In this document: positions 11,035 to 23,520 of the stretch, piece after piece
Layout: each line of letters begins with the position of its first letter
Numbering within the stretch: the first letter of the stretch is position 1
Source of the DNA: Ignavibacteriota bacterium
Lineage (GTDB): Bacteria; Bacteroidota; Ignavibacteria; UBA10030; CAVZMI01
DNA: 64,000 nt
Reading direction: 5' to 3'
Assembly (NCBI GenBank): GCA_963776275.1
Contig: CAVZMI010000025.1
Coordinates: 32,338-96,337, forward strand
The notes under the pieces: generated by a model
Databases searched by the model: none
What the model was told of the DNA's origin: nothing
Seen by the model: the letters and a program-made list of their open reading frames with translations, nothing else
Made by a program: the position numbers and the translations under genes

Positions 11035-11417
11035 TCCTCATGAAATAATTCCATTAGAATTTTTTTTGGGGCGAGCTGCATTCAGTGATTAATAACCGCA
11101 CTCTCGATTTTCATTTTCTACAGAGCGTGCGTGGAGTTTCAATGACTGCTTTGTTAATCCAGATTATCCGACGATCTTAATAGTCAAACGAAGAAACGCG
11201 TATTCACATAAACGTTAATCGGTAGGTAAAATCACTTACACGAATATAAATAATACTTTTTCCTTTATCAAGAGTCATTTGCTGGATTTTTAGGAACTAG
11301 GGGTTAATGAAGGACGCTAGAATCAGGTTTCAGTAGGTCCTGATCGAGAACAGATCAGTACGATAATATTGTCCTTCAATTGAAAATATACGGTTTTTAC
11401 TCAATGATAAGAAGTCC

Positions 11418-11446
11418 TTGCCTTCTTTTTCGAAGTTTTGTATATT
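11418..11446 (+). promoter_or_regulatory. sigma70-type promoter for tRNA-Arg
   Basis: TTGCCT-17 nt-TATATT ending 15 nt upstream of the tRNA. Confidence 0.6.
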
Positions 11447-11461
11447 ATACTATACGAAATT

Positions 11462-11535
11462 GCGCCGATAGCTCAACTGGATAGAGTGCAAGCCTCCGGA
11501 GCTTGAGGTTCCGGGTTCGACTCCCGGTCGGCGTA
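11462..11535 (+). tRNA. tRNA-Arg (anticodon CCG)
   Basis: GCGCCGA acceptor stem, D-arm AGCTCAACTGGATAGAG, anticodon arm CAAGC-CTCCGGA-GCTTG, T-loop GGTTCGACTCC; CCA not encoded. Confidence 0.97.
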
Positions 11536-11557
11536 CGAACTCATAAAAGGAGGATGT

Positions 11558-12247
11558 ATGCTTAAAGCGAAGAAGAAAATTACAAAACGAGAGCTCAAAC
11601 AGGATACTCTTATCACAACACTCGTCAAAGCCGAGAATTTCTTTACTCTATATAAAAAGTATGTGACCTATGCGGTGTTCGGAATAATCGTCCTTATCAT
11701 TGTCGGATTTGTCTATTCTAACAACCGGAAAGCCGATGAAGAGAAAGCGACAATGGAGCTCACAAAGATTAGCTCGATGTTTCAAACGGATCAATTTGAA
11801 ATTGCAATCAAAGGAATTCCAGAGAAAAACGTCATGGGATTACAAAAAATCGTCGATAACTATGGGAGCTCGGAATCCGGCGAACATGCAAAGATTTATC
11901 TGGCAAATTGCTATTACGCAATGGGGAAAATTGATGAAGCATTGAAATACTATGAGGATTTTGGCGGTAGCCTGCTTGAGTTGAAAGCGGCAGCTCTGGC
12001 CGGTGCGGCTTCGTGTTATGAAAACAAGAACGATTATAAACGGGCGGCCGAGCTTTTTGAAAAAGCCGGAAACAAATATTCATCGGTTCCGTCGGCATCG
12101 GAAAATCTGGTCAATGCCGCTCGCAACTACGGACTCATCGGAGATAAAGAGCGTGCAAAGATGCTTCTGAAGAAAGTCAAAACAGAATATCCGCAATCAA
12201 CCGAAGCTCGCGACGTTGATCGTCTGATTGCTCTTCTGCCGTCGTGA
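11558..12247 (+). CDS. Membrane-anchored tetratricopeptide repeat protein (YfgM-like)
   Basis: Basic N-terminus, one TM helix, TPR-like helices (AKIYLANCYYAMG, AAELFEKA). Confidence 0.8.
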   Translation: MLKAKKKITKRELKQDTLITTLVKAENFFTLYKKYVTYAVFGIIVLIIVGFVYSNNRKADEEKATMELTKISSMFQTDQFEIAIKGIPEKNVMGLQKIVDNYGSSESGEHAKIYLANCYYAMGKIDEALKYYEDFGGSLLELKAAALAGAASCYENKNDYKRAAELFEKAGNKYSSVPSASENLVNAARNYGLIGDKERAKMLLKKVKTEYPQSTEARDVDRLIALLPS

Positions 12248-12421
12248 GTGTTGAACTACAGACAACCGCCTTTCTGATGCCCCTCCAACTATTTAATTGT
12301 ACAAATGAAGGGGCACAGTACCATCAAAGCGTATAGAAAATAGTCGCTATGAAGTAATATTACGATTTTTAGAAGATATAATATGTTGAAACCGTTCAAT
12401 CATTTAATTGAATCGGTACTA

Positions 12422-12448
12422 GCAAAGCTCTCTAAATGAGGGCTTTGC
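12422..12448 (+). terminator. Possible terminator hairpin
   Basis: GCAAAGCTCTC-TAAAT-GAGGGCTTTGC followed by a short T-rich run. Confidence 0.4.
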
Positions 12449-12614
12449 CTGTTTTCATGCGTGCTTGTGTTTCGCACCGAAAAGAAGTATCTTTGCCTCA
12501 ATAGAATTTGGTGAATTCCTTAGAAAAATTGCAACTTTTGCTCAATTTCTTCGAACAATATATATAGTCCTGAAGATTGATCACGGCATATAGTTATCAG
12601 AGTACCAGGTCACG

Positions 12615-14782
12615 ATGCGATTCCGGCGTATCCTCTACATACTTATTCCACTTGTAATATTTACCATTATCTTTATTCTCGATATCCTGAGAAAGAATGT
12701 CGCGCTCAATATATTCGGGGTATGGTATCTCCGCGATGTGTTTGTCATCGTCGGTTTTTTCTTCTCTTATTTGTTTATCCAGAGTCTTCCCTCGATAACG
12801 GCGGTAAGAAGTCCGATCAAGCGTTTAGGAAGCATATTCATTCTTACTCTCATTATAATCGTTGTATATGCTCTCCTCTCATTCATCCGGAAGGAGGGAT
12901 TTTTACCTGTCGATTCCTGGCTTGTTCCACAGGATTATATGACCATCATTATCGGAACGATTCTAAGTGTTATTGTGGGATTGACGGCGATTGCCATCTT
13001 TCTTCATCTCAAGATGATGGTTCTTCTCCGCCGGAAGAAAGGAACGCGCCGTAATTTTATCATTCTGCTGCTCCTTCTTGCGGCGACAAGCATCTCCGCA
13101 TTCGGTATGCATCCGCTCGAGAGCTCGGCGTTCACGACGATCCTTCTTTGGATGACCGTCATGATGGTGATCGTTATTTCATTTAGGCTCTCATGGATCG
13201 TTCTTCTTTCACGGAAGGAAAAAATCTACAGCATCGTGTACGGTGTTCTATTGTTTACGGCATTTCTCGCCATCAATATGTTATTCAATGGGACATTTCT
13301 CGACAAGGCAATGGTGTATTATTGTGCTCCGCTGAGATATTATTCTTTTCTCGTATCAATATTCGGTATGATTTATTTCGGACTCACATTCGTCAGCACG
13401 CTATTTCACCTGCCGACTGCCGATGCATACGAACGGAAACAGAGCGAGGTAAATTCACTCCACAACCTGGGCCGTCTTGTCACACGCGTTTTCGATTTTA
13501 ACGATCTGGTCACCACAGTCACGAAAATGACGCTGGAAGTATGCGGAGCACAAAGTGCATGGCTGGAAATGGTATAACAGGATGACGACCAACAACAGAC
13601 GGTGTATAAGGTCGAGACAGTATCAATTAAAAATATTACAGCAGAACAAATTGAAGTTCTAAATGGTGAGAAAGGAAATCTTCTACGTGAAATTGTAGCA
13701 GAAAAAAAACATGTCGTGCTGATCGACAACGTTGCCCGTGATCATAGGTTTACCCATATCGGAAAGTTGAAGAAAAATATAGACGCATTGCTCATAGTTC
13801 CGCTCCTTTCTCACGAAACGATGATCGGTATTTTGTACGCTACGAAAGGGAGAGAGGAATATTTTGATCAGGATGATATTGAGGTAATCTCGACATTTGC
13901 CGATAACGTAACAATCGCCATTGAGAATTCGCGTCTCATTGAAAAGTCGATTGAACGCGAACGTCTGCAGCGTGAAATGATGCTCGCGCGGGAAATGCAA
14001 CAAAGGTTGCTTCCTCAGGTAATTCCAACCGATCCCCGATATGAGTTATCGGCGATTTCGATTCCGGCATCCGAGGTTGGAGGGGACTACTATGATATTG
14101 TAAATCTTGATACCGATACGATCGGTATAGTCGTCGGGGATGTATCAGGTAAAGGAGTTTCGGCGGCGTTTTATATGGCTGAAGTAAAAGGCATTTTCCA
14201 GTCACTAAGTAAGATGACTCAGTCGCCTAAACAATTTTTGGTTCTTGCGAATAACGCACTGAGCGGAAGTATTGATAAACGGTCGTTCGTGAGCCTGGTC
14301 TATGTCATTCTTGACGCGAAGTAGGAAAACTTCGAATTGCCCGGGCAGGACATTGTCCGATGCTGTATGTCGGAAAAGAAGAAGTCCGCTACGTCCAGCC
14401 GACAGGTCTCGGTCTCGGGCTCAGCCGGGATAGCGTATTTGAAGAATCGACAAAGGAAGAAGAAATTATTTTGAAGAATGGAGATATCTGCGTATTTTAT
14501 ACCGACGGGGTAACCGAGGCGCGAAATCAAGCAGGAGAAGAATTCGGTTATGAACGACTCTTACAGGTTGTGACCGGTCATCATTCCGATTCCGCCGAAC
14601 ATATCCGTAATGAGATTGTCGAGAATGTCCGCCGTCATCAAGAGAACGGCCTTAATGATGATGATCTCACAATTCTCATCCTAAAATGGCATGGATCGTC
14701 GGTATCTCGTACTAATGCGGTGGGGCGCGGCAGAGTGAGCAGAGTGTATTATCTACAGCCGGAGGGAGATTTGAACGTATGA
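12615..14782 (+). CDS. Membrane GAF-PP2C (SpoIIE/RsbU-like) phosphatase; interrupted by in-frame TAA at 13575-13577 and a frameshift at ~14321
   Basis: Multi-TM N-terminus, GAF region, EVGGDYYD, GDVSGKG, RAGHCP, YTDGVTEA, DDLT spread across three ORFs. Confidence 0.85.
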
Positions 14783-15135
14783 GCGATTTTAAAATTGCAC
14801 TTCGCGAGGAAAATCGCATCAATATTGTTGAATTGAAAGGTTATCTTGATGCACATACTGCGCCTGAGCTGGAAAATACACTCCAACAGCTTATGACAAA
14901 CAAGAAATTCAACATCATTGTTAATTGCCGTGATCTGAACTACATCAGTAGCGCCGGTCTCGGTGTCTTCATGGCGTTCATCGAAGATGTCCGGCAGCAG
15001 AGGGGGGACATCAAGCTGTCGAACATGTCTCCAAAGGTATATAATGTCTTTGATCTGCTCGGCTTCCCGATTCTTTATGAGATCTTCAAAGATGAAAAGG
15101 AAGCAATTAAAAAATTTACGGAAACGACGATATGA
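14779..15135 (+). CDS. STAS-domain anti-sigma factor antagonist (RsbV/SpoIIAA-like)
   Basis: LKGYLDAHTAP, YISSAGLGV phosphoacceptor motif. Confidence 0.92.
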   Translation: MSDFKIALREENRINIVELKGYLDAHTAPELENTLQQLMTNKKFNIIVNCRDLNYISSAGLGVFMAFIEDVRQQRGDIKLSNMSPKVYNVFDLLGFPILYEIFKDEKEAIKKFTETTI

Positions 15136-15175
15136 TGGGATTCAGCGTGAAATTCAAGTTGGCAAGGAAATATGG

Positions 15176-15616
15176 ATGGTAAAAAAAGATTCATATATGA
15201 GCGATCTAGTCGTCCCGAGCCGGACTGACCGTCTAAAAGAAGTCCGGGATTTTGTATCGCGCGCTGCTCAACATTTCGGTTTCGACGAAGACGATGTAAA
15301 TAAGATAGTCCTTGCTGTCGATGAGGCCTGCACAAACATCATTAAACATGCATACGATTACGGGAAAAATCATACAATAAAATTATCTATTCTCACAAAA
15401 AAGACTGTTTTTGAAATTACAATTACAGATCAGGGAAGGCCGTTCGATCCATCGAGTGTTCCCCAACCCAATATGAAAGAATATCTCTCGCACTTTAAAA
15501 GAGGCGGTCTCGGGATGTATTTAATGAAGACTGTAATGGATAAGGTGGAATACGATTTTAAACCCGGACCCGTTAACCGTGTCCGGCTCACAAAATATCT
15601 TCAGCGTCAGACCTGA
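15176..15616 (+). CDS. Anti-sigma factor Ser/Thr kinase (RsbW-like HATPase_c_2)
   Basis: AVDEACTNIIKHAY, DQGRPFDP, GGLGMYLM. Confidence 0.92.
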   Translation: MVKKDSYMSDLVVPSRTDRLKEVRDFVSRAAQHFGFDEDDVNKIVLAVDEACTNIIKHAYDYGKNHTIKLSILTKKTVFEITITDQGRPFDPSSVPQPNMKEYLSHFKRGGLGMYLMKTVMDKVEYDFKPGPVNRVRLTKYLQRQT

Positions 15617-17415
15617 TGAGCTCCCCATGAAAAAGGGAAAAGCGAGAAAAAACCGATAAGACCAAAGCCGCATCGCTCAAGAGAAACAGCAAAAAACATC
15701 CAGCATGATGCATTTACACTCGGCTCGCTCTTCGAATATAGCCGCATCATCAACTCTTCACTAGATCTCCCTTTTATTCTTGGCAATGTATTGCTGACAA
15801 TCATGGGAAAACTTCTCGTATCCCGTGCATTGGTGTTGCTGCGGCACGAGGAAGGGAAATACCGGATTGATAGTGCAAAGGGATTGCCGCAGGAGATACA
15901 TGGGAAGAGAATTTCAATCGAAAATTCACAAATTTCAACACTCGGAATAGGCATTCTTCCTCCGATGAAATACACCACTCGGAGCATTTCTTCGTCAGTA
16001 CGATTTTGAGACGGTTCTTCCCGTAATGTCCAGAAGCGTCCAGTTCGGCATGATCGCTATCGGGACGAACGACTGCGAGGAACTAAATATTCCAAGAAAG
16101 AGAAGGAATTCCTGGAGTCATTGGTCAATCTGTCGGCTACGGCAATGGAAAAAGGATTGATGATCGAAGAATTCCGCCAGGTGAATCGGACACTCGATCA
16201 GAAAATCCAGGAACTGAACACATTGTTTGAACTCAGCAAAGAGTTCAATGCAACACTCGAACGGGAAAAAATCATCAAGACACTCCTGTTCTCTTTAATG
16301 GGACAGATCGGTGTCCGACGATATTGCGTATTTCTGCGCGAAGGGGAAACAATGAAAACCGTCGTCAATCGATCGATGACAGAGATTGTAAACGATGAGT
16401 TCTTTGATGCTCTCAACAGATATCATTCGGCCTCATTGGTCAATGAGCTTCCCGCAGGGACACGAGAGTCATACGGACAGAGCTGAAAGCGTTTACAAAT
16501 GAAGATCATCGTTCCAATGATGACGCAGAATATCACAGGTGGAATAATATGTCTCGGAGAGAAAATCGGCGGGGGGGATTATACGGAATCGGATTGCGAA
16601 TTTCTCTCATCTGTTGGCAGCCTGGCAATGATCTCACTGGAAAATGCCCGGTTATTTGTAGAAACACTGGAGAAGCAGCGAATGGAGGACGAACTCAACA
16701 TTGCGCGGGAAATCCAGAGAGGATTACTTCCGAGTACACTTCCCAAAATACCGGGATATGAAATAGTCGCTGTTAATATTTCATCGAAACAGGTCGGTGG
16801 CGATACCTACGATGTTATCCAGCTTTCCCGACAAAGTATGTTATCACAATTGGTGACGTTTCAGGCAAAGGTACACCGGCTGCACTTCTGATGGCAAATG
16901 TACAGGCAACTATCAGGGCCCTTGTATCGCTCGATCTGCCCCTTCCCGAACTCACTAAAGGCGTAAATAATTTGATTTATGACAGTACGAGTACAGACAG
17001 GTTTATTACTTTCTTCTGGGGAATTCTCGATACCCTTAACAATCAGTTTACAACAGTCAATGCCGGACATAATCCGCCGTACATAATTTCAAGAGATGGG
17101 AATTTCAGACGGCTTGAAAAAGGAGGGATTATACTCGGTGTGATGCCTACATCTGCTCCCTATGAAGAAGAAGTCACATATATACAGAAGGATGATTTAA
17201 TTGTTCTTTATACCGACGGTGTAAGCGAGGCGATGAATGCAGATGGAAAAGAATTCGGTGAAGAACGAATCGAAAGAGTTCTCATAAATTCGCATCATGA
17301 ATCCGCAAATCGTATTCTTTTTGACCTTCAGACAGCCATCCGTGAGTATACAATCGGATCATCACAATCAGATGACATCACACTTGTCCTCCTTAAGCGG
17401 ATATGTGAAAAATAG
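15616..17415 (+). CDS. Second GAF-GAF-PP2C (RsbU-like) phosphatase; several frameshifts
   Basis: Fragments give TLFELSKEFN, ENARLF, VGGDTYD, DVSGKG (alternate frame), NAGHNPP, YTDGVSEA, SDDITL. Confidence 0.8.
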
Positions 17416-17416
17416 C

Positions 17417-17445
17417 TTGACTTTTTATAATGTTTTTAATATATT
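17417..17445 (+). promoter_or_regulatory. sigma70-type promoter of groESL
   Basis: TTGACT-17 nt-TATATT abutting the CIRCE. Confidence 0.7.
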
Positions 17446-17470
17446 AGCACTCACATTAAGAGAGTGCTAA
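17444..17470 (+). promoter_or_regulatory. CIRCE element (HrcA operator)
   Basis: Perfect TTAGCACTC-N9-GAGTGCTAA upstream of groES. Confidence 0.97.
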
Positions 17471-17538
17471 TAAACGATAATTTTATAAGAAATCAATCAA
17501 ATCTGCTTATTTTTCACGAAATTCAAGAGGAGGTAAAA

Positions 17539-17823
17539 ATGAAAATTAAACCCTTAGCAGACCGGGTTGTTGTGAAGCCGGCCGTTGCGGAAGAAAAGAC
17601 AAAAGGGGGGATAATCCTTCCGGATACTGCGAAAGAGAAGCCGGTTATCGGTGAAGTTGTCGCGGTAGGCCCAGGGAAGGTGATGGAAAATGGAACCCGT
17701 GTGGCACTTGAGGTCAAGGTAGGTGACCGAGTGCTTTACGGGAAATATTCCGGCACCGAAGTGACACTCGATGGTGAAGAGTATATGATCATGCGCGAAA
17801 GCGATCTTTTCGCAATATTGTAG
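17539..17823 (+). CDS. groES: Co-chaperonin GroES
   Basis: [12 protein letters not shown]...[13 protein letters not shown]; SD GAGGAGG. Confidence 0.98.
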   Translation: MKIKPLADRVVVKPAVAEEKTKGGIILPDTAKEKPVIGEVVAVGPGKVMENGTRVALEVKVGDRVLYGKYSGTEVTLDGEEYMIMRESDLFAIL

Positions 17824-17873
17824 CCAAAGGATATTTTGAAAAAAATTGAAAAACCTAAAGGAGTGAAGAACAT

Positions 17874-19514
<1,641 letters not shown>

Positions 19515-19550
19515 TAGAATCGTATCTCGCAAGATTAAGCAGTTATTGCC

Positions 19551-19578
19551 CGAAGCCTCTGGATTTCCAGGGGCTTCG
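19551..19578 (+). terminator. Intrinsic terminator after groEL
   Basis: CGAAGCCTCTGGA-TT-TCCAGGGGCTTCG hairpin followed by T-rich sequence. Confidence 0.7.
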
Positions 19579-19646
19579 CTTGTCTTTGTACATTGCTTCT
19601 CATCTGATATTCTTTTATATTTCGTCAATATATTTCCAGTATACAA

Positions 19647-20765
19647 ATGAATGTCATCCGTCCGACCCATGCAATCATCGATCTGAAAGCGATCGACTAC
19701 AATATGCGCCAGATAAAACGGCGTGTCGGAAATGTAAAGGTGATGGCAGTTGTCAAAGCAAATGCCTATGGACATGGAGATGTTCAAGTGGCACGTGTTG
19801 TTCTTAACGCCGGCGCTGAATGGCTGGGTGTCGCAATAGCCGAAGAAGGAATAACACTTCGTGCTTTTTTCCCTGAAGTTCCCATTCTTGCATTCGTTCC
19901 GGCAATTATTGATCAACTCCCGCTCTATGTCGAGTATGGTATCGATAGCACACTGTGTACATTCGAAGTAGCCGATGCGCTTGATGCGCTCGCCGGTGTG
20001 CTGCAGAAAAAAGCATCGGTTCATATCAAAGTCGATACAGGTATGGGACGTGTCGGTGTTCCGTGGGAAGAGGCGGCAGAGTTTTATCGGCATGTAGCAC
20101 GACTTCCGAATATCGTTATACGAGGTATATACACTCATTTTTCCAGGGCCGACGAGGCGGATAAAACGTATGCACGACTACAACTCGATAGATTTAATCA
20201 TGTCCTGGACATCCTTCAGAAAAATGGATATTCAATTCCTCTAAGGCATTGCGCAAACAGCGGCGCTATCCTTGATATGAAGGAATCTTATTTCGACATG
20301 GTTCGCCCCGGAATAACGATTTACGGATATTATCCGTCGAATGATGTCGGCAGGACTATCGAACTGAAACCGGCCCTCTCACTCTATTCACGGATCAATT
20401 ATATGAAAAAAGTATCGCCTGGAACCCCGTTGAGCTACGGGGGTAAGTATGTGGTACAGAAAGAAACTAGAATTGCATCGGTGACGATAGGTTATGGCGA
20501 CGGATACAGCAGACTTTTAAGCGGAAAAACAGACGCTCTAATCGGTGGCCAACGGTATCCTGTTGTGGGACTAATTTGTATGGATCAAATACTTGTTAAC
20601 GTCGGTATGGAAGCTTCTGTACAATTAGGTGATCGTGTGACACTCATCGGCTCGGATGGCGATAAATCTATTACGGCCTGGTCGGTTGCCGAAACACTTG
20701 GAACGATTCCTTATGAAGTATTTTGTCAGATATCTCCGCGCGTACCACGAATCTATGTGGAGTAA
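19647..20765 (+). CDS. alr: Alanine racemase
   Basis: AVVKANAYGHG PLP lysine, DTGMGRVG, GYGDGY, IPYE. Confidence 0.97.
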   Translation: MNVIRPTHAIIDLKAIDYNMRQIKRRVGNVKVMAVVKANAYGHGDVQVARVVLNAGAEWLGVAIAEEGITLRAFFPEVPILAFVPAIIDQLPLYVEYGIDSTLCTFEVADALDALAGVLQKKASVHIKVDTGMGRVGVPWEEAAEFYRHVARLPNIVIRGIYTHFSRADEADKTYARLQLDRFNHVLDILQKNGYSIPLRHCANSGAILDMKESYFDMVRPGITIYGYYPSNDVGRTIELKPALSLYSRINYMKKVSPGTPLSYGGKYVVQKETRIASVTIGYGDGYSRLLSGKTDALIGGQRYPVVGLICMDQILVNVGMEASVQLGDRVTLIGSDGDKSITAWSVAETLGTIPYEVFCQISPRVPRIYVE

Positions 20766-20768
20766 CCA

Positions 20769-21470
20769 ATGAACAGTGGAAAAGAATACCTTGTGAAAAT
20801 AATGCAATCATGCCGACAAGATCTTGAAGAGCGAATCGCGGAAAGCGAACGCGAGAGGCTGATTGCCCTCACAGAAAAAATGAAAAACTCTCAGACCCTT
20901 GAAAACGACCTGAGGAAATTATACCGGGTCAAGGACATGGAACAATGTGCGCTTGCATGTCTGTGGATTATCGATCGAACAAGCACCACACCGGCCAAGG
21001 GAAACGAATTCGAGATGGATCGAAAACTTCTGAGTAATGCGCTTCTCGAGTACTATCTGCGTCATGATGCCGTTATCAATGCCGCTCAATTACCGCAGCG
21101 TGCTGTGCCACCGGTCTTCCTCAGATTCTATGAATCGTTCGATACACTGGTGCTTCAGGTAAAAGACTCCACCGATGACCCGGATCTATACGAACAGATG
21201 TTCGATCATCTCCAGGAATTTTGTGAAGAGAAATCGAGAGAAATGGAATCAATCGACGAACCTGGAGTTCAAATTTTCATGAATGCTTTAGTCGATTTTT
21301 TACATTGGGTTACAACGCGGGAAATCCGTAGCGATGAGCGCGTAATCCAATTCTTGAGCGATACCGCGGTAGGTCTAAGCGAAGTTGTTGGATCGGGAGT
21401 CGATTTCAATGTCTCCGCGTTGGAACAAACGACGACCCACATAAGCGATGCGAGATACAAAATAAAGTGA
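20769..21470 (+). CDS. Hypothetical helical protein
   Basis: 233-aa ORF tightly packed between alr and manC. Confidence 0.7.
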   Translation: MNSGKEYLVKIMQSCRQDLEERIAESERERLIALTEKMKNSQTLENDLRKLYRVKDMEQCALACLWIIDRTSTTPAKGNEFEMDRKLLSNALLEYYLRHDAVINAAQLPQRAVPPVFLRFYESFDTLVLQVKDSTDDPDLYEQMFDHLQEFCEEKSREMESIDEPGVQIFMNALVDFLHWVTTREIRSDERVIQFLSDTAVGLSEVVGSGVDFNVSALEQTTTHISDARYKIK

Positions 21471-21491
21471 TTATGAAATGAACGGCGACTT

Positions 21492-22580
21492 ATGGCTCAT
21501 ATATTTGCATTGATAATGGCGGGAGGTGTAGGCGCCCGTTTCTGGCCACGAAGCAGAGAAAAATATCCAAAACAACTTCTTCCAATTGCCGGAGAAGGAA
21601 CGCTTATCCAGAATACTGTTGCCAGAATCGACGGTATCATCGAGAAAAAAGATACGTTCGTAGTAACTAACCGCGTCCAGAAACCGACTATCATCAAACA
21701 GTTACCATCAATCCCACCAAATAATATTCTCGTAGAACCGATCGGCAGAAATACCGCACCCTGTATCGGACTTGCAGCACTCTTCATACGGCGGATTGAT
21801 CCGGAAGCGGTAATGATTGTTCTTCCGGCTGACCATATCATACAGGATGTCGGTGAATTTCATCGACTCGTCTCAATCGGCGTTCAGGTTGCATCGGAAA
21901 CGAAAGGCCTCGTAACCATCGGGATCCAGCCGAACCGCCCCGAGACCGGTTATGGATATATCCAGGTGCTCGAAGAACCGCAGGAGAAAAATCCTTATAT
22001 AGACCGCAGAGTCTATCGAGTGAAAACATTTGCCGAGAAACCGAATTTGCAAACGGCAGAACGCTTTTTGGAGAGCGGTGATTTTGTGTGGAACAGCGGA
22101 ATGTTCATCTGGAGAATCGGTACAATTCTGGAAGAAATCGAATTACACCTGCCAGAATTACACCAACAACTCCAGAGAATCGATGCCGTCTTGGGCACAG
22201 AGAAATACGTGCCGACACTTGAAAATGTTTATGGGGTAATCCGCAGTATCTCAATTGACTATGGAGTGATGGAAAAAGCCCGACAGGTCTATGTCATTAA
22301 GGGAGATTTTGGCTGGAGTGATGTGGGCTCATGGGATGAGGTATATAGAATAGCCGAAAAGGACGATCAGGGAAATGTCATCCTTGGAAATGTGATAATA
22401 AAGGATGTAAAGAATTCAATTATCCAATCCAATGAAGAAATTACCGGTGTCCTTGGAGTCGAAGATCTTATCATAATTAACACAGATGATGCCCTCTTAG
22501 TATGTAAAAGAGGGAAATCACAAGATGTTAAAGAAATCGTCGACTATCTCAAACGAAAGAAGATGAATGAGTTTCTCTAA
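21492..22580 (+). CDS. manC: Mannose-1-phosphate guanylyltransferase
   Basis: MAGGVGARFWPRSR..PKQ, EPIGRNTAP, ETGYGYI, WNSGMF, WSDVGSW. Confidence 0.93.
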   Translation: MAHIFALIMAGGVGARFWPRSREKYPKQLLPIAGEGTLIQNTVARIDGIIEKKDTFVVTNRVQKPTIIKQLPSIPPNNILVEPIGRNTAPCIGLAALFIRRIDPEAVMIVLPADHIIQDVGEFHRLVSIGVQVASETKGLVTIGIQPNRPETGYGYIQVLEEPQEKNPYIDRRVYRVKTFAEKPNLQTAERFLESGDFVWNSGMFIWRIGTILEEIELHLPELHQQLQRIDAVLGTEKYVPTLENVYGVIRSISIDYGVMEKARQVYVIKGDFGWSDVGSWDEVYRIAEKDDQGNVILGNVIIKDVKNSIIQSNEEITGVLGVEDLIIINTDDALLVCKRGKSQDVKEIVDYLKRKKMNEFL

Positions 22581-23046
22581 GAAAATACATGCACCTTTTG
22601 TCGTAACTTCTTTAATTTATTACAGCTTTTTTATCGTACTTATTGGTTGTACTTCATCACCTCGGTTTATATCAAGTAAGGATCAGGGGCACCGTACTGT
22701 ATCTTTAGATAAAGCACTCAATAGTCCTGCCGTCGAAGAAGGAATCGCGTCTTATTATTCTGATCAGTTTAACGGGCATCAGACCTCAAATGGCGAAATG
22801 TACGATATGTATGCACTCACAGCAGCTCATCCGACACATCCATTTAATACAAAAGTCAAAGTTACAAATCTTGATAATGGACGAACGGTCATTCTTCGTA
22901 TCAACGACCGCGGCCCATTTGTTAAAGACAGGATTATCGACGTCTCATATTTAGCCGCAAAACAACTCCAGATGATTGGGAGCGGAACTGCCCAGGTTCG
23001 TGTCGAGGTTTTAGAATGGGGACAACTAGATGTTAATACAAAGTAA
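22567..23046 (+). CDS. rlpA: Septal ring lytic transglycosylase RlpA family lipoprotein
   Basis: Lipobox LIGC, GIASYY, LTAAHPT, RINDRGPF. Confidence 0.92.
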   Translation: MSFSKKIHAPFVVTSLIYYSFFIVLIGCTSSPRFISSKDQGHRTVSLDKALNSPAVEEGIASYYSDQFNGHQTSNGEMYDMYALTAAHPTHPFNTKVKVTNLDNGRTVILRINDRGPFVKDRIIDVSYLAAKQLQMIGSGTAQVRVEVLEWGQLDVNTK

Positions 23047-23306
23047 TATAAAACATAAGAAGATTCGTTTAATGTCATACTAAAAAAAATGTCTTTAAAG
23101 GGTAATAATTCTGTTAAAAGGCTCTTTTTTCTCAAGAAATTAAAAATAAATATTTTTTAATACTACACTGACAAAATAGCTTTGCCCTTCTTTTCTGACA
23201 TCTCAATTGTAAATGTTAAACACACTTATATCTGCCATTATTACCGACCAACTGAGTCATTTCGACCTTAAAAAGAGAACTTTGAAGAGCATCAGAACGT
23301 TAATAC

Positions 23307-23335
23307 TTGACATTAAATAGATAGAACCATATATT
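23307..23335 (+). promoter_or_regulatory. sigma70 promoter with ~180-nt leader before the transglycosylase
   Basis: TTGACA-17 nt-TATATT. Confidence 0.65.
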
Positions 23336-23520
23336 TCTATCGTATTTAGAAGACTGTAAGTGTCATAGTACCTCTATATGAGCATGTTATGCAACCAGCT
23401 GTGACATAATTAACGCCCAGCATCCTGTCAATTAAGGCAGGCATCCGGAAACCCTCTGTGCTCTGTCAGTGTTAGTAGGGGGAAGGCTTGGGTATAGTCG
23501 AACAGTATAAGGATTAACGG

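Noticed and set aside
11462-11535. Integrase-driven island at tRNA-Arg
   Set aside because: No integrase and no duplicated tRNA 3' end seen; the secreted module lies on the tRNA's 5' side
12615-17415. Programmed frameshifting or pseudogenisation of the Rsb phosphatases
   Set aside because: Similar indels hit groEL, tyrS and lpdA, so sequencing error is the simpler explanation
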